From: Candidatus Latescibacterota bacterium
GTDB taxonomy: Bacteria > Latescibacterota > UBA2968
Direction of reading: 5' to 3'
Assembly (NCBI GenBank): GCA_965222605.1
Contig: OZ244960.1
Location: 3,488,001-3,552,000 of the forward strand
DNA length: 64,000 nucleotides
Position 1 is the first letter of the stretch, and every line of letters starts with the position of its first letter. Both the position numbers and the translations under genes were made by a program. Below, one piece after another: positions 60,660 through 64,000 of this stretch. Below the pieces are notes generated by a model that saw nothing but the letters and a program-made list of their open reading frames with translations, ran no database searches and had not been told where the DNA came from.

Positions 60660-62033
60660 TTATTGTTGGGTTAACCAGGGGTCGTCGTTTTTTTTCAGCC
60701 AGTTGTTCATTTCTTTCCCAAGTTCTGCGACAAGGCCGGGGTGATCGCCAGCGATGTTTTGTAGCTGATAGGGATCTGAGACATTATCGTGGAGGATTAT
60801 TTCTTCGCCTTCGCGCGTTCTCATGACGACATAAGTGTGTCGGTGTGTACGCACGCCGCGCGATCCGCCAGCGGGGTTGTTGGGGTTTACGTTGAGATAG
60901 AGCGCCGAGGTCGGGCGTGTGTTTTCTTTACCCAGGAGGATGTCGGAATAATCCGTTCCCTGGACGCTGTCGGGGACCTGTCCTACGCCCATGAGATTGA
61001 GCAATGTGGGCATTAAATCCGGCGTGCCGATTAACAGGTTATCTGTGCCGGGTGTGATTTTTCCGGGCCAGCGGATGATGAATGGTACAGCAAATGATTC
61101 TTCATAGTGTACGGTTTTGCCCATGAGGCCGTGGCTGCCCATCATTTCACCGTGGTCAGAGGTGAAGACTACGATGGTATTTTCTTCAAGACCCTCGGTT
61201 TTCAAACAGTCCAGTATGCGTCCGAAGTTTTCATCGACGCCGGTTACCATGGCGAAATAGTGTTTCGCGTTTTCGCGGGCGCTGTCGCCGCGTGTATCTG
61301 CGGGTACGTTGGGGCGCGTCAAGAGGTCTTCATGGGTGGCATCGCCGTATCGGGCGACGTATTCTTCTGGTACTTGTTTGAATGGCATGTGCGGTGGGTT
61401 GTGGGATATGACGAGTGAGAATGGTTTTTCGGGGTCCCGGTATTTGTCACCTTCATTGCGGATGTAGTTTATTGCGATGTCGGTTTCGTGTTTGGTGGAC
61501 CATTCCCGCGGGTCGATGCGTTTGTCAATGGGGTCATTGCCGGTCCAATAATGGGGATTGAAATGCCAATCGCAACAGCCGTAGGAATACCAGAAGTCAT
61601 ATCCGTGTCTGCGCGGTCCCGGCGGGGTATATGAATCCCAGATGACGCCATTTCCTCTGGGTCCTTCTGTGTATTGATATTGCTCATTGGGAGGATCGAG
61701 GTGTAGTTTGCCCAGGTATGCCTGATTGTAGCTAGCTTTGTGCAATACGTCTGAGAAGCACTGTGCGTTTTCCCGCAGGTAATTTTTGTATTGTACGGTC
61801 GTGGAATTGACGTTGCCGAGTACGCCGTTGGCGTGGGGATATTGTCCGGTGAATAGCATTGCCCGATATGGGCTGCATACGGGTCTGTTGCTTACGGCGT
61901 CGGTCAATACGAGGCTTTCGGACGCAAACCGGTCAATATTGGGGGTTATTACGGGGTCTTCGTTCATGAATCCCATGGCTTGTTTGCGATATTCATCGGG
62001 GAATACGAATACGAGGTTGGGATGATCAGGCAT
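60660..62033 (-). CDS. Sulfatase
   Basis: FPDEYR, CSPYRAMLFTG, GKLHL, TSDHGE. Start probably MPDHPN at 62033. Confidence 0.9.
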   Translation of the reverse strand: MPDHPNLVFVFPDEYRKQAMGFMNEDPVITPNIDRFASESLVLTDAVSNRPVCSPYRAMLFTGQYPHANGVLGNVNSTTVQYKNYLRENAQCFSDVLHKASYNQAYLGKLHLDPPNEQYQYTEGPRGNGVIWDSYTPPGPRRHGYDFWYSYGCCDWHFNPHYWTGNDPIDKRIDPREWSTKHETDIAINYIRNEGDKYRDPEKPFSLVISHNPPHMPFKQVPEEYVARYGDATHEDLLTRPNVPADTRGDSARENAKHYFAMVTGVDENFGRILDCLKTEGLEENTIVVFTSDHGEMMGSHGLMGKTVHYEESFAVPFIIRWPGKITPGTDNLLIGTPDLMPTLLNLMGVGQVPDSVQGTDYSDILLGKENTRPTSALYLNVNPNNPAGGSRGVRTHRHTYVVMRTREGEEIILHDNVSDPYQLQNIAGDHPGLVAELGKEMNNWLKKNDDPWLTQQ

Positions 62034-62137
62034 CTTTGTCTCCATTTTAAATGCACGGGAACACACCGCCATAAATTGTATCAATAGTCGCTGCTGTCAA
62101 GGATTATACATTGAGGGTGAGGGTGCTCTGTATTTCT

Positions 62138-63265
62138 TTATTTGATCCCTACGACCCGATCGTAAATCGCCTCTAATTTTTTACTCTGTTTTTCCAGATT
62201 GTGTTGATTTTCGACGTGGGTACGACCAGCGCGGCCAAATTGTTCGGGGGTACTGAGCAGGGTGTCCAATCCCGCTGCGAGGCCCGCTATATCTCGTTCA
62301 GGAAATAATAGGCCGCATGTTTTGTCGATTACGACTTCGGGGATGTCGGCGTGTAGGGACGATACGATGGGGACGCCCATTGCCATGGCTTCGATTAGTG
62401 CGACGGGGGCGCCGCCTTCTGTGTCGCCGTCTGATGCTGTGACGCTGGGATAGAGGAGGATTGTTGCGCGTTTTAGTTCTTCAAGTGCTGCGGGATGGGG
62501 GAGCAGTCCGAGCATTTTTACGCGGTTTTCAAGGCGGAGATTTCGTATTTCGGCTTGTAGTTGCGGGCGCAAAGGCCCGTCACCTATCATCCGCAGTTGG
62601 GCGTCCGGGTATTTTTCCGCTATTTTTACAAATGCCTGGATTGCGTATTTCAATCCCTTTTTTTCACGAAATACAGCATAAGTCAATACGATGGGTTGTT
62701 TGGGTGTGTGGTCTGTTCTGAAGGGTATTTTGTCGAGATCTACGCCCAGGTGTTGTACGTTTACCCGATTGGCCGGGCATCCCAGTGCAATGAGTTGTTC
62801 GCCCATGAAGGGACCTTCGACGAGGAAGAGATCGCCTTCGGCAAAGAGGCGTTTGTATCGTTTTTGCCATTTTTTTTGTCGGGATAGTGCCGATACGTCC
62901 AGGCCGTAAAAGGTGGTGATCATGGGGATGTCTGCGCGCTGTTTTGCGGATAGACACCGGTATCCTTCTTGCCCAAAGTGCGCGTGGATGAGGGCGGCGT
63001 TGTGTTCGCGGAGCCAGTTTTCATAGCTGGCGTACGTGCCGCGTATTTTGCGAATGAGGCGCAGGGTTGTTCTGCGAGCAGGCGATATATCTTCGGCTGA
63101 TAAGACGGGTTCAATGGGAAACTGGTCCAGGTTCTGGCGCGTTTGTGTGAGGACGATGGGACGATATCGTTTTAACGCGCGAATCTGGTCGTATATCCAG
63201 GTGGCTGTTGCTGGCAAGAAGGGGTTGGCACTGTGCGCGACGACAGGTTCCATGCGATTTCTCAT
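62138..63265 (-). CDS. GT4 glycosyltransferase (WcaL-like)
   Basis: IHAHFG, EKKG, PSVTASDGDTEGGAPVALIEAMA. Confidence 0.9.
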   Translation of the reverse strand: MRNRMEPVVAHSANPFLPATATWIYDQIRALKRYRPIVLTQTRQNLDQFPIEPVLSAEDISPARRTTLRLIRKIRGTYASYENWLREHNAALIHAHFGQEGYRCLSAKQRADIPMITTFYGLDVSALSRQKKWQKRYKRLFAEGDLFLVEGPFMGEQLIALGCPANRVNVQHLGVDLDKIPFRTDHTPKQPIVLTYAVFREKKGLKYAIQAFVKIAEKYPDAQLRMIGDGPLRPQLQAEIRNLRLENRVKMLGLLPHPAALEELKRATILLYPSVTASDGDTEGGAPVALIEAMAMGVPIVSSLHADIPEVVIDKTCGLLFPERDIAGLAAGLDTLLSTPEQFGRAGRTHVENQHNLEKQSKKLEAIYDRVVGIK

Positions 63266-63509
63266 AAAGAAACCCGTTGATACGCTCCATCAACGGGTTT
63301 GTAAATTCTGGCTTAATTCCACGGGGGCGCGGTCAGGTGTGGAAAAAAGCAATTTTTTTGCCTGTCGTCAACCTATCTCCATCTTGGTCCTGTTATCCAT
63401 GCAACAAATGAGTATCGACTTCCTTCACCCTGAACCGGTGCGGCGTGGTGGCATTACCATCGACGAGCAGACGTTTCAATACCTCAGTAGTCGAGTAGTC
63501 TTTCCTGAT

Positions 63510-63764
63510 CTAAAATTTTGCAGGCGTTCTCTCACGCACCATCAGCACTTGATCAGCACGTAGCGATTTAATCGCGGAAATGGGCACTGTGACCACAGAT
63601 ACGGATTCGCCAATGGCATTAAAAATCTCTAAAATTGCCCCTTCTTCTCCACCCGTAGGATGTGGTACATAATCGACCACGACAGCAACATCACCCTGTT
63701 TTAAATTTTCTTCGGGTATGTTGCGCGTTATTGCCACTTCCTCATATAATTTTGGTTTTGTCAT
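63510..63764 (-). CDS. DUF4926 protein (putative antitoxin/immunity)
   Basis: LYEEVAITRNIPEENLKQGDVAVVVD...ILEIFNAIGES..VVTV. Confidence 0.8.
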   Translation of the reverse strand: MTKPKLYEEVAITRNIPEENLKQGDVAVVVDYVPHPTGGEEGAILEIFNAIGESVSVVTVPISAIKSLRADQVLMVRERTPAKF

Positions 63765-64000
63765 GATTCATCCTTGTCTGGTTTTAGGGTTACAAACCTG
63801 AACTTCCCATCTATAGCACGAACAATCCAGATTGTTACAACAGATAGTATTCCACTCGGCCCCACCAATTCACCACTTACCCGATAGAATATCCCATATC
63901 TGTTTTCTCTTTCTTGCACGACGTCATTCCGGGCAATTAAATCTCGGATGGCCTGTTCAAGAACAGCAGGATTTTCTGTTGTGAATCCTGCTTGTCCCAG
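63761..64000 (-). CDS. DUF6883-like putative toxin, 3' part (5' end beyond window)
   Basis: Manual translation LGQAGFTTENPAVLEQAIR...NRYGIFYRVSGELVGPSG..VVTIWI...FRFVTLKP; ATGA overlap with DUF4926. Confidence 0.75.
   Translation of the reverse strand: MGQAGFTTENPAVLEQAIRDLIARNDVVQERENRYGIFYRVSGELVGPSGILSVVTIWIVRAIDGKFRFVTLKPDKDES

Noticed and set aside
63399-63563. Small plus-strand ORF MQQMSIDFLHPEP... as a possible mobile-element remnant
   Set aside because: No RBS, it overlaps DUF4926 antisense, and no recognisable family or terminal repeats; unsupported without a search.

Overview
This window is bacterial chromosomal DNA of about 50-55% GC by eye. Gene content (PorV-like barrels, T9SS-type C-terminal sorting domains, GWxTD proteins, DUF6785, dockerin-like tails, several sulfatases) suggests a Latescibacterota/KSB1/Gemmatimonadota-like organism; this is inference only. 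The left half (1-33.8 kb) holds three paralogous TonB-dependent receptor (TBDR) operons built on the pattern [OM barrel]-TBDR-secreted FN3/CTD protein-PorV-like barrel-[DUF6785 transporter]-TPR/GWxTD protein, plus a DUF1552/DUF1592 pair. A Cre-like tyrosine recombinase has a 34-bp lox-like site upstream and a second, inverted partial site, and the two bracket the promoter of the third TBDR operon. This is a candidate recombinase-driven invertible promoter. The right half holds four toxin-antitoxin modules, a beta-CASP nuclease, a FabV-like reductase, a rearranged accessory island with a sigma54-type promoter (39.7-46.5 kb), an S9 peptidase, and an arg operon. In that operon ArgR appears fused to a VapB-type antitoxin tail and is followed by a VapC toxin. 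A sulfatase/dgoD cluster follows. No rRNA, tRNA or CRISPR array was seen. Family names come from motif recognition by eye, not from database searches.
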